Part shown: one piece after another, positions 9,807 through 18,692 of the stretch
Numbering within the stretch: the first letter of the stretch is position 1
Layout: the number at the start of each line of letters is the position of its first letter
NCBI GenBank assembly: GCA_965227515.1
Contig: CBDDFZ010000001.1
Span: 3,648,001 to 3,712,000 of the forward strand
DNA length: 64,000 bases
Direction of reading: 5' to 3'
From: Alphaproteobacteria bacterium
GTDB taxonomy: Bacteria; Pseudomonadota; Alphaproteobacteria; CALKHQ01
Notes under the pieces: model-generated
Told to the model about the DNA's origin: nothing
What the model saw: the letters and a program-made list of their open reading frames with translations, nothing else
The model's database searches: none
Translations under genes and position numbers: made by a program

Positions 9807-10034
9807 CCCCTCTCCCCGCGGAACGCGCGGGAGAGGGAGGGGCCCGCGAACCACAGGTTTGCGGGAGGGTGAGGGCTTGGCTTCGACGGAGGGTCGTCGC
9901 CGAATTGTGCGACAGGAATCCCATCCTCTTGCCCTCGAGACCATTGAATGGCGACCGGCCGCACCATGCCCCTCACCTTCCCAGCCTGCGGCTGAGCCCC
10001 TTCCTCTCCCGCACCGCTACGCGGCGGGGAGAGG
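9807..10034. repeat. REPIN-like element, CCCTCTCCC..GGGAGAGGG family, copy 2
   Basis: Arms at 9807-9875 and 9970-10034 match the element at 1614-1823; lies between convergent genes. Confidence 0.8.
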
Positions 10035-10057
10035 AGATAGGACGGCCTAGAATCACC

Positions 10058-11071
10058 TCACGTCGAAATCATCTTCTTCTCGATGCCGACGCCGGCGGCG
10101 ACCGCGCGCTCGTACTCCAGCGGGATGGTCGCGGAGTCCTGCAGCGCGATACCGGTGCTGTCGAACACCGTGATCTCGTCGGCGGAGGTGCGGCCGGGCA
10201 TCTTGCCCGCGACGACCTGACCGATCTCACCGGCGATGTCCGACTCCTTGATCAGGCCCTGTTGCAGCGGCACGTTGATTTCGCCGTCAGTGCGGCACTG
10301 GCGGATGTCGTCGACGAAGATGCGGGCGCGCTGCAGGATGGCTGGCTCCAGTTCCTGATCGCCGTCCTTGTCCGCCCCGACCGCGGCGATGTGGGTGCCG
10401 GGCGCGATCCACTCGTCCTTCACGATGGGACCCCGCGCAGGCGTCAGCGTCACCACCACATCGGCGCCAACGACCACGGACTCGAGGTCGGTCGAGGTCT
10501 TGATGGGCAGGTTCTCGTACTTCGGCTGCTGGGTCTCGGCGAAGTGGTCCAGAGTCTTCTGGCTGCGGCTCCACACCCGCACCTCGTCCCAGTCGAACAC
10601 GGCGTTGCAGGTCGCCAGCGCGCCCTCGGCCATGTGGCCGGCGCCGACGATGGCGAGCGTCTTGCTGTCGGGCCGGGCCAGCCACTTCGCCGAAACCGCC
10701 GCCGACGAGCCGGTGCGCATCACCGTGTGGTGGCTGCCGTCGACGATGGCGAGCGGAAAGCCGGTCTCCGGGTGGGTGTAGATCAGGATCGAGAACACGG
10801 TCGGCAGGCCGAAGCGGTCGCGGTTCTGTTCGCGGATCGACACCCACTTGCAGGCGGCGGCCTCCGGCTCCTCGATGTAGGACGGCATCGCCTCCCACTC
10901 GCCGGGGTACTTGTCGAGCACGATGTGGCCCTTCGGCTCCATGAAGAACCGGCCCTCGCCATGCATGCGATAGGCCTGCTCGACGCACCCGTTGTACTCG
11001 GCGGGGCTGAGCAGCCCCATCATGTCAGTGCGGCTGAGGATCAGTGTCTTGCGATTCGACCAGTTTTCCAT
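10058..11071 (-). CDS. Ornithine cyclodeaminase/mu-crystallin family (imine reductase/deaminase-like)
   Basis: AMPSY, KWVS, T.MRTG..AAV, GAG.MA, GTHI.AVGAD and VFDSTGIALQD motifs. Confidence 0.92.
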   Translation of the reverse strand: MENWSNRKTLILSRTDMMGLLSPAEYNGCVEQAYRMHGEGRFFMEPKGHIVLDKYPGEWEAMPSYIEEPEAAACKWVSIREQNRDRFGLPTVFSILIYTHPETGFPLAIVDGSHHTVMRTGSSAAVSAKWLARPDSKTLAIVGAGHMAEGALATCNAVFDWDEVRVWSRSQKTLDHFAETQQPKYENLPIKTSTDLESVVVGADVVVTLTPARGPIVKDEWIAPGTHIAAVGADKDGDQELEPAILQRARIFVDDIRQCRTDGEINVPLQQGLIKESDIAGEIGQVVAGKMPGRTSADEITVFDSTGIALQDSATIPLEYERAVAAGVGIEKKMIST

Positions 11072-11850
11072 CCAATTTCCCTCTCGGGTCGCTGCGGACT
11101 TTCACCCGGCCCGGGTTCGGGCGTGCCGAAGCGTTCGAACATGCCGGTGAAGGGCTTGGCCTCGGGCGGGCGATAGGTGAAGTGCCGGCTGGTGGTCTTG
11201 CCGAGCTCAACCAGCCCCTCGGCCATCTTCACCGCGCAGACCACGCCGTCGAGCACCGGGATGCCAAGCTCGCGTTCCAGGTCGGCGGCGAACGACGCGA
11301 AACCGGCGCAGCCGAGCAGGATGGCCTCCGCCGTGTCCTCTTCCATCGCGCGCCGGGCCTCGTCACGCAGCGCCTGCATCGCGCCGGTCGGATCGCGCTC
11401 GATGTCGAGCACATAGTACGGCGTGGTCCGCACCGAGACGCATTTGAGGCTGAAGCCGTAACCGGCCACCATCTCCTCGATCATGGTGCGGATGCGCGGG
11501 ATGACGGTGACCACCGAGAAGCGTGCCGCCAGCATGGCGGCGGTGTAAAGCGACGTCTCGCCGATGCCGAGCACGGGCTTGGCCGTTGCCTCTCGCGCGC
11601 CCTGCAGGCCGGGATCGCCGTAGCAGGCGATGACGAAGGCGTCGCAGCCGTCGCGGTCGCCCTTCATCACCTCGTCGATGGTGCCGGGGGCGGCCATGTA
11701 CTCGTCATAGTAGGACTCGATGCTCGCCGGCCCGAACTCCGGGTTGGTGGCGACGATCTCGGTGCCCTGGCGCGCCACCATGCGGCCAGCCTCGCCGATG
11801 GAGCGGGTCATCTCCGCCGACGTGTTCGGGTTGATGATCTTGATCTTCAT
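11041..11850 (-). CDS. Hydantoin/allantoin racemase (Asp/Glu/hydantoin racemase family)
   Basis: INPNTS..MT, GPASIE and both catalytic Cys motifs (IACYGDPG, LGCAG). Confidence 0.92.
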   Translation of the reverse strand: MKIKIINPNTSAEMTRSIGEAGRMVARQGTEIVATNPEFGPASIESYYDEYMAAPGTIDEVMKGDRDGCDAFVIACYGDPGLQGAREATAKPVLGIGETSLYTAAMLAARFSVVTVIPRIRTMIEEMVAGYGFSLKCVSVRTTPYYVLDIERDPTGAMQALRDEARRAMEEDTAEAILLGCAGFASFAADLERELGIPVLDGVVCAVKMAEGLVELGKTTSRHFTYRPPEAKPFTGMFERFGTPEPGPGESPQRPEREIGWKTGRIARH

Positions 11851-13655
11851 GATGCTCCTCCCGCCGCTCCGGCGCGCAGCGCCTCGGTTGCGGCCATGTC
11901 CAGCTCAAGGGCCTCATTGCAGACGACGCCGTAGTCCCGCCGCGCCTCGTCCACGTCAAGATAGCCGTCGCGCACGTCTTCCAGCACCTGGGCCGGGTCG
12001 CGCTGCATCGGGTCGCCGTAGCCGCCGCCGCACGGCCCGACCATCACGATCTTGTCGCCGGCGGCCATCGCCTTGTTCGGCAGCTTCGACGGCAACTCGG
12101 TATCGGCGCCTGCCTGGGCGCGCACGCCCAACGCCGAGGTACGCCCATCGCCGCCGCCGTCCATGCCCCAGGGGGCGTAGACGTGGCCCTCGCCTTCCAC
12201 CGACACGCCGCCGTCCTCCAGGAACTCGAACTCGCGTATCGAGCCGATGCCGCCCCGCCACTGGCCGGGCGGGCAGGCATTGTCCCGCAGTTCGTATCGG
12301 TTCACCCGCAGCGGCAGGTGGGATTCGATATCCTCGATCGGGTTGTTGCGGGTGTTGGCATAGAGGGTGTCTACGGCGTCCATGCCGTCCTTGCCGTGCC
12401 GCCCGCCGTAGCAGCCCTCGTGGATCTCCATGTGCACCCAGTGCTCGGCATCGCGGATGCCGGAGAACGCCACCACGTGGAGGTTGCCGACACCGGCCGA
12501 CACCTGTTTCGGCACCACCTGCCCCAGCGCCTTCATTAGCGTGTCGGCAGCCTGGTTGCCGGCGCAGAAGCGGGCGATGGTCGGCGCCGGGAACGAGGGG
12601 TTCACCAGGCTCTTTTCCGGTGCGGTGATGTGGATCGGCCGGGTCAGGCCCGAGTTCTGCGGGATGTGGCCGTGGGTCACGGTGTCGAGCAGGATCGAGC
12701 GCACGGTCAGCCAGACCGCGCAGTCGGTGGTGCCCTTCAGCGGCATGTTGATCGGCCGGTCGTCCACCTGCGGCGCGGTACCGGTGAAATCCACCGTCAG
12801 GTCGCTGCCGTCCACGATGGCGGTCACCTGGATCGGCAGGTCGCGGCGCTTCGGGTCGTCGCTGTCCTCGTAGCCATCGATGAAGGTGCGCGCGGTGTAG
12901 CGGCCGTCCGGCAGGGCCTGGATGGCGTCGCGCATCAGGCGCTCCGAATAGTCCATCAGGTTCTCGTACGCCGCTTCCACCGTCTCGATGCCGTACTGGT
13001 CGATCAGGCTGACGAAGCGGGCGGCACCGATGCGGGCGGCGGCGATCTGCGCTTCCATGTCGCCGAGCACGAGGTCGGAGGCGCGGATGTTGTCGCGCAA
13101 CATCTGCCAAAGTGCGGCGTTGCGCTTGCCGCCCTCATAGAGCTTCAGTGCCTTCATCTGCAGGCCCTCGGCATAGGCGTCCATGGCATCGACGATGCCG
13201 CAACTGCCGGGGCTGAGCGCGCCGATATCCAGATGATGGGCGGTGGTGACCGAGAAGCCGACCAGCCTGTCCTTGTCGATGAACACGGGCACCAGGAAGG
13301 CCACGTCCGGCCCGTGGGAAGCGCCGTGATAGGCCGAGTTGTGGATGACGATATCGCCCGGTGTCAGCGTGTTGCCGCGCTCGGCGAACAGGCCGAGCAC
13401 GCCCTCGACATAGCCGGGGATCGGCCCGGACTGCAGCGGCGTCGACTGCGGTGTCTCGCAGAGCTGGCGGCCCCGGGCGTCGGTCAGCGCGGCGCCGAAA
13501 TCCTCCGACTCCCGGATGATCGAGGAATAGGACATGCGCATCAGCTTGTGCCCCATCTCGACCGCGATGTTCTCCAGCGCGCCCTGGATGACGCTGGCGG
13601 TCACCGGATCGATGCGATTGCGCAACTGCGTGTCGGTCAATGCATCCGCTGACAT
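11847..13655 (-). CDS. Hydantoinase B/5-oxoprolinase family subunit (pair 2)
   Basis: SSIIRESEDFG, TAHHLDIG, NTRNNPIEDIE and PCGGGYGDP motifs. Confidence 0.93.
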   Translation of the reverse strand: MSADALTDTQLRNRIDPVTASVIQGALENIAVEMGHKLMRMSYSSIIRESEDFGAALTDARGRQLCETPQSTPLQSGPIPGYVEGVLGLFAERGNTLTPGDIVIHNSAYHGASHGPDVAFLVPVFIDKDRLVGFSVTTAHHLDIGALSPGSCGIVDAMDAYAEGLQMKALKLYEGGKRNAALWQMLRDNIRASDLVLGDMEAQIAAARIGAARFVSLIDQYGIETVEAAYENLMDYSERLMRDAIQALPDGRYTARTFIDGYEDSDDPKRRDLPIQVTAIVDGSDLTVDFTGTAPQVDDRPINMPLKGTTDCAVWLTVRSILLDTVTHGHIPQNSGLTRPIHITAPEKSLVNPSFPAPTIARFCAGNQAADTLMKALGQVVPKQVSAGVGNLHVVAFSGIRDAEHWVHMEIHEGCYGGRHGKDGMDAVDTLYANTRNNPIEDIESHLPLRVNRYELRDNACPPGQWRGGIGSIREFEFLEDGGVSVEGEGHVYAPWGMDGGGDGRTSALGVRAQAGADTELPSKLPNKAMAAGDKIVMVGPCGGGYGDPMQRDPAQVLEDVRDGYLDVDEARRDYGVVCNEALELDMAATEALRAGAAGGAS

Positions 13656-13660
13656 CTCAC

Positions 13661-15724
13661 CTACTCCTTTCGAAGCGTCATCGTGCCGTCTTCGTGCGCG
13701 GTGGCGGTCCAGCCCGGCGGCACGACCGTCGTCGTGTCGGTCTGGACGATGATTACCGGCCCCTGCAATGCCACGCCGGTCGGCATCCGCTCGCGATCAT
13801 AGTAGCCGGTTTCGAACCCCTGCAACGCGCCATCGACGCTGAACATGCAGCGCGCCTGCCGCAGCAGCGCATCGTCCATCGCGCCTTCGGACTTCAGCGC
13901 AGGCGTTTGCAGCGTGGGCATGGCGCCGATGCCGACGACGCGGATATTGACGATTTCGATCGGGCTGTCGGGGAAGGCATGGCCGTACTCGGCCTCATGC
14001 CTGGCATGGAACGCCTGCCAGACGCCCTCCATCGTATTGTCGTCCAGCGTGCCATCCGGGAACGGGATGCGCAGCTCGTAGCCTTGGCCGACATAGCGCA
14101 ACTCGCCGGACCGGCTGAGCGCGATGTCGGCCGGGTCGATGCTGTCGGCCGCGAACCGACCGACCAGATCCTCGGCCAGCGCCGAGAAGTCGCGGTCCAG
14201 CCGCGCCAGGTCGACGGCGCCCTGCACCATGAACTCGGTCTTGATGGCGTCGTACTTCAGGTCGGTGGTCAGCAGGCCGGCGGCCGACGTGATGCCGGGG
14301 TGCGCCGGCACCACCACTTCGGGAATGCCGAGCAGGTCGGCAACCTCGGCGCCATGCAGCGGCCCGGCGCCGCCGAACGCCACCAGCGCGAAGTCGCGCG
14401 GATCGAGCCCCTTCTGAACGGTGCGGGATCGGATGGCATTGGCCATGTTGGCGTTGACGATGGTCAGCACGCCGGCCGCACAGGCATGCGCCGACAGGCC
14501 CAGCTCCTCCGCCAAGCCGCCGATCACCCGCTCGGACGCCGCGGCATCCAGCGCCATGGCGCCGCCAAGGAAATGCTCCGGATCCAGGCGCCCCAGCACC
14601 AGATTGGCATCGGTGACCGTCGGCCGTGTGCCACCGTTACCATAGGCCGCCGGCCCCGGCGTCGACCCCGCGCTCTGCGGCCCGACACGGAACGCACCGC
14701 CCTTGTCGACCTGGGCGATGCTGCCGCCGCCGGCACCGATGGTCTCGATGTCGATCATCGGAACTAGCACCGGGAATCCGCCGATCTGGGTGTCGCGCGC
14801 CGCGGCCTCCTGGATCAGGCCGTCCTTGACGATGCCGATATCGGCGCTGGTGCCGCCGACATCGAAGGTGATGACGCGACCCCGGCCGGCGGCCGACCAT
14901 GCGCCGCCATGCACGCCTGCGGCCGGGCCCGACAGCAAGGTCAACACCGGGTTCTGGGTCACCATGGCCGGGGTCAGCGCGCCGCCGTGGCTGCCCATCA
15001 CCCTGAGCGTGGCATCCAGCCCGGCCGAAACCAGGCCACCCTCGAAATTGGCCACGTAGCGCCGGACCTTCGGCCCGATGAAGGCGTTCATCGCCGCGGT
15101 CGTGAACCGCTCGAATTCGCGGAACTGTGGCGCCACGCCGGCTGAGTGGACCACGAAAACGTCCGGGCATTCGGCGGCCACGATCTCTGCCGCGCGCCGC
15201 TCGTGTGCGTCGTCGAGGTAGGAGAACAGGAAGCAGACCGCGATGGCCTCGACACCGTCTGCGCCGAGCTGGCGCGCGGCCTCGCGCACCCCATCCTCGT
15301 CCAGCGGGGTCAGCACGTGGCCGTCGGGCGGCGCGATCCGCTCGTCCACGACAAGGCGGTGCCGGCGCCGCACCAGCGGCGTCGCCTGCCACGGGATGTC
15401 CTGCATGATCGAGTAGTTGAGCGGGCGCTGATGGCGGCCGATGTGCAGCACGTCGCGATAGCCCCGGCTGGTGATCATGCCGGTCTTGGCGCCGTCGTGC
15501 TCCAGCACCGCGTTGGTGGCGATGGTCGTGCCGTGGAAGACGACGTCGATGTCGCCGGGCTGCACGCCGGCCTTCGCGCAAAGCTCCGCGATCCCGGCCA
15601 TCGCACCCACCGAAGGGTCTTCGGTGGTCGTCGGCACCTTGTGGATGGTGGTCCTGCCGCTGCCTGTCTCGGTGTGGATCAGGTCGGTGAATGTGCCCCC
15701 GACGTCGACGCCTATCAGATGCAC
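13661..15724 (-). CDS. Hydantoinase A/5-oxoprolinase family subunit (pair 2)
   Basis: IGVDVGGTFTD, HGTTIATN, SGPAAG, DVGGTSAD and FGGAGPLH motifs; GTG start. Confidence 0.94.
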   Translation of the reverse strand: MHLIGVDVGGTFTDLIHTETGSGRTTIHKVPTTTEDPSVGAMAGIAELCAKAGVQPGDIDVVFHGTTIATNAVLEHDGAKTGMITSRGYRDVLHIGRHQRPLNYSIMQDIPWQATPLVRRRHRLVVDERIAPPDGHVLTPLDEDGVREAARQLGADGVEAIAVCFLFSYLDDAHERRAAEIVAAECPDVFVVHSAGVAPQFREFERFTTAAMNAFIGPKVRRYVANFEGGLVSAGLDATLRVMGSHGGALTPAMVTQNPVLTLLSGPAAGVHGGAWSAAGRGRVITFDVGGTSADIGIVKDGLIQEAAARDTQIGGFPVLVPMIDIETIGAGGGSIAQVDKGGAFRVGPQSAGSTPGPAAYGNGGTRPTVTDANLVLGRLDPEHFLGGAMALDAAASERVIGGLAEELGLSAHACAAGVLTIVNANMANAIRSRTVQKGLDPRDFALVAFGGAGPLHGAEVADLLGIPEVVVPAHPGITSAAGLLTTDLKYDAIKTEFMVQGAVDLARLDRDFSALAEDLVGRFAADSIDPADIALSRSGELRYVGQGYELRIPFPDGTLDDNTMEGVWQAFHARHEAEYGHAFPDSPIEIVNIRVVGIGAMPTLQTPALKSEGAMDDALLRQARCMFSVDGALQGFETGYYDRERMPTGVALQGPVIIVQTDTTTVVPPGWTATAHEDGTMTLRKE

Positions 15725-15761
15725 GCCACCCTACCCCCGCACTCGTCCGCTGGCCTTGTGA

Positions 15762-16856
15762 TCACCCTTCCAGCACGTGGATCTGGTCGGCCCGCCACGA
15801 CACGATGGCCGTCTCGCCAATCGACAACGGCTCCTTGAAGAACAGATCGTCGGGCACGTAGGACACGAATTCGTCGTCGCCCGGCACGCTCAGCGTCACC
15901 TTGACGTAGGTGCCCTGGTACTCGATGGCGCGCACGGTCCCCAACACATGGTTGGGGCTGCCGTCGACACCGTCGCCGTGCGCCACGGCGGTGTAGTCCC
16001 GGCGGATCGAGAGCGCCACGTGCTGGCCATTCGAAAACGTCTTGCCGCCGCTGTCGAACTGATACGCCTGGCCCTGCTCGCCGCGCAGGTTGACCGTGGT
16101 CCCCGAGACCGATTCCACCGCACCGCTCATCACGTTCTGGCCGCCCATGAAGCGGGCGACATAACCGTTGTTGGGGTGCGCGTAGACGTCCACCGCCGAC
16201 GATGTCTGCGAGATGTGGCCCTGGTCCATCACCACCACCTGGTCGGCAACCGCGATCGCCTCGAGCTGGGTGTGGGTGACGTGGATAAAGGTGATGCCCA
16301 GGTCGCGCTGCATCTGCCTGAGCTCGCTGCGCATCTGCAGGCGCAGGAATTCGTCGAGCGCCGACAGCGGTTCGTCCAGCAACAGCACCCGCGGATTGGT
16401 GATCACTGCGCGGGCCAGCGCCACGCGCTGCTGCTGCCCGCCGGAAAGCTGCGCCGGCATGCGGCCTGCCAACTGGTCGAGCTGGACCCGTTGCAAGGTC
16501 TCGAACGCCTTCTCGCGGCGCTCCGTTTTGCCCATGCCCTGCATCTTCAGCCGGAAGGCGACATTGTCCAGCACCGACAAGTGTGGGAACAGCGCATAGC
16601 TCTGGAACATCATCGCCGTTCCGCGTTCCACCGGCGTCTTGCCGATCACCGGCTGGCCGCCGATCGTCACCTCGCCACTGCTCGGGCTCTCGTGGCCGGC
16701 GATCATGCGCAGGATCGTGGTCTTGCCGCAGCCGCTGGGGCCGAGCAGGCAGCAATAGGTGCCGCCCTCGATGGTCAGGTCGATGTTGTCGACGGCCTTC
16801 AGGTCGCCAAAGGTCTTGGTGACGCCCTTGAGTTGTATTTCGCCAGGCTTGGTCAT
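15762..16856 (-). CDS. ABC transporter ATP-binding protein (PotA-like)
   Basis: Walker A GPSGCGKT, signature LSGGQQQR, Walker B LLLDEP and a C-terminal TOBE-like region; likely start MTKPGEI at 16856. Confidence 0.93.
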   Translation of the reverse strand: MTKPGEIQLKGVTKTFGDLKAVDNIDLTIEGGTYCCLLGPSGCGKTTILRMIAGHESPSSGEVTIGGQPVIGKTPVERGTAMMFQSYALFPHLSVLDNVAFRLKMQGMGKTERREKAFETLQRVQLDQLAGRMPAQLSGGQQQRVALARAVITNPRVLLLDEPLSALDEFLRLQMRSELRQMQRDLGITFIHVTHTQLEAIAVADQVVVMDQGHISQTSSAVDVYAHPNNGYVARFMGGQNVMSGAVESVSGTTVNLRGEQGQAYQFDSGGKTFSNGQHVALSIRRDYTAVAHGDGVDGSPNHVLGTVRAIEYQGTYVKVTLSVPGDDEFVSYVPDDLFFKEPLSIGETAIVSWRADQIHVLEG

Positions 16857-16864
16857 GAGTGCGT

Positions 16865-17695
16865 TCAGGTTCCTTGCCGCCGGCGGTGCCGGATATATGC
16901 GATCGAGCCCAGGGCCAGCGCGATGGCCGCAAACGAGATCAGCGTGGTGACGGTGCCGAGCGCATAGAGCGCGGGCGACGTCACGTTCGTGGTCATGGTG
17001 TAGATCTCGATCGGCAGCGTGTTGCGCGAGCCCACGGCCACCCAACTGCGGGGGAATTCATCGTAGGAGAGCGTGAAGCCGAACAGCGCCACCGCGATGA
17101 TGCCGGGCAGCACGATAGGGATGACCACCTGGGTCAGCCGCTGCCAGCGGTTGGCGCCCAGGTCGTAGGCCGCCTCCTCGTACGCCGGGTTCAGGCGGCT
17201 GAGCACCGCGAACATGATCAACAGCCCGAACGGCAGCGTCCAGGTCAGGTGCGCGCCCAGGCCGGACGAGTACCAGCGCGTCGGGATATCGAAGAACTCG
17301 CGGAACGAGATCTGGATACCGACGCTCAGCACCAGGCTGGGCATGATCAGGCTGATCAGCACCATGTAGAACAGCACCGCGGAGCCCGGGAACTTGCGGC
17401 GGAACGCCAGGCCGGCGGCGACCGACACCACGACGGTGATGATCATGACGATGAAGGCCAGCGGCAGCGTGCGTGAGAACGCGCCGCCGACGTCGCCGGT
17501 GCGGGCCTGGCCGAACAGCGCCTCGAACCAGTGGAAGCCGGGGTCGCGCAGCGGGAACACAAGGCCGCCGGTCGGACCCTGGAACGACAGCACGAAGATC
17601 GAGATCATCGGCCCGTACAGGAACAGCACGAACAGCGCGAACACCGCTGCCAGTACGTAGAACGTCCAGGGACGCTTGCCACGTTGTTGCTGCAT
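16865..17695 (-). CDS. ABC transporter permease (PotC-like)
   Basis: Hydrophobic helices; EAA loop EEAAYDLGA; FTLSYDEF. Confidence 0.9.
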   Translation of the reverse strand: MQQQRGKRPWTFYVLAAVFALFVLFLYGPMISIFVLSFQGPTGGLVFPLRDPGFHWFEALFGQARTGDVGGAFSRTLPLAFIVMIITVVVSVAAGLAFRRKFPGSAVLFYMVLISLIMPSLVLSVGIQISFREFFDIPTRWYSSGLGAHLTWTLPFGLLIMFAVLSRLNPAYEEAAYDLGANRWQRLTQVVIPIVLPGIIAVALFGFTLSYDEFPRSWVAVGSRNTLPIEIYTMTTNVTSPALYALGTVTTLISFAAIALALGSIAYIRHRRRQGT

Positions 17696-17701
17696 GTGCC
17701 C

Positions 17702-18559
17702 CTAGCCCGTCAGTTCTTTGCGCACATCGACAATGCGGAACACCGCCAACGCGATCAGCACGACGATAATCAGCAGGATGATGGAGTTCGCCGCGACGCG
17801 CGGGTAGTTCTGGATATTGAGGTCGTTGGCGACGCCGAACGAGACCGAGCCGGAGAGGCCGCCGCTCATGACGGCCACGACGTAGAAGTCGCTCATCACC
17901 AGGGTCACCACGAACACGGTGCCCAGCGCGATACCCGTCTTCGACAACGGGATAATCACGTTCCAGATCACGCTCCAGCGGCTGGCGCCGGCATCGACCG
18001 CCGCCTCGACCAGGTTCTTGTCGATGCGCGCCATGGCGTTGAAGATCGGCACGATCATGAACAGCGTGAACAGGTGGACATAGGCCACCACGACCGAAAA
18101 GTCGGAGAACAACAGCCACTTCACCGGCTCGTCGACCACGCCGGCGTCCATCAGCGCGGCGTTGATCAGCCCCTCGGTGCCGAGCAGCGGCTTCCACGAA
18201 ATCATGCGGATGATGTTGGAGGTCCAGAACGGCACCGTGCAGACCAGGAACAGGCCGATGGCAACCAGGATGGAGCGGATGTGGAAGACCAGGAAATAGG
18301 CGATCCAGAACCCCAGCACCAACGTGATCACCAGCACGATGGCGGTGAATTTGAGACTGGACAGGTAGAGCTGCAGGTTCACCGAACTGGTCAGCACGTC
18401 GATGTAGTTTTCGAACGTGAAGTCCGGAACGCTGCCCGTGTAGAGCACGAAGCGATAGACGCTGACCACCAGCACCAGCGCCATCGGCACGACCAGAAAG
18501 ATCAGCAGCACCAGGGCCAGCGGCGTTACCTGCAAGAGCGCGAGCGTGTTCCGTGTCAT
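17702..18559 (-). CDS. ABC transporter permease (PotB-like)
   Basis: Hydrophobic helices; PFWTS.IIR; EAAVDAGAS loop. Confidence 0.9.
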   Translation of the reverse strand: MTRNTLALLQVTPLALVLLIFLVVPMALVLVVSVYRFVLYTGSVPDFTFENYIDVLTSSVNLQLYLSSLKFTAIVLVITLVLGFWIAYFLVFHIRSILVAIGLFLVCTVPFWTSNIIRMISWKPLLGTEGLINAALMDAGVVDEPVKWLLFSDFSVVVAYVHLFTLFMIVPIFNAMARIDKNLVEAAVDAGASRWSVIWNVIIPLSKTGIALGTVFVVTLVMSDFYVVAVMSGGLSGSVSFGVANDLNIQNYPRVAANSIILLIIVVLIALAVFRIVDVRKELTG

Positions 18560-18596
18560 CTGGCCGGGGTCATCTGGTCGGGGTCATCTGGTCGTG
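18555..18596. repeat. Three tandem 14-bp repeats at the permease start
   Basis: GTCATCTGGCCGGG / GTCATCTGGTCGGG / GTCATCTGGTCGTG. Confidence 0.9.
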
Positions 18597-18692
18597 CTTG
18601 CCCTGTCGATCATGCATTCGCATTTGAGGGTATCGAAAATTCGGGGACGGCCATCGGCCGCCCCCGTCCTGCATCGGATGCAAACCTGATGC

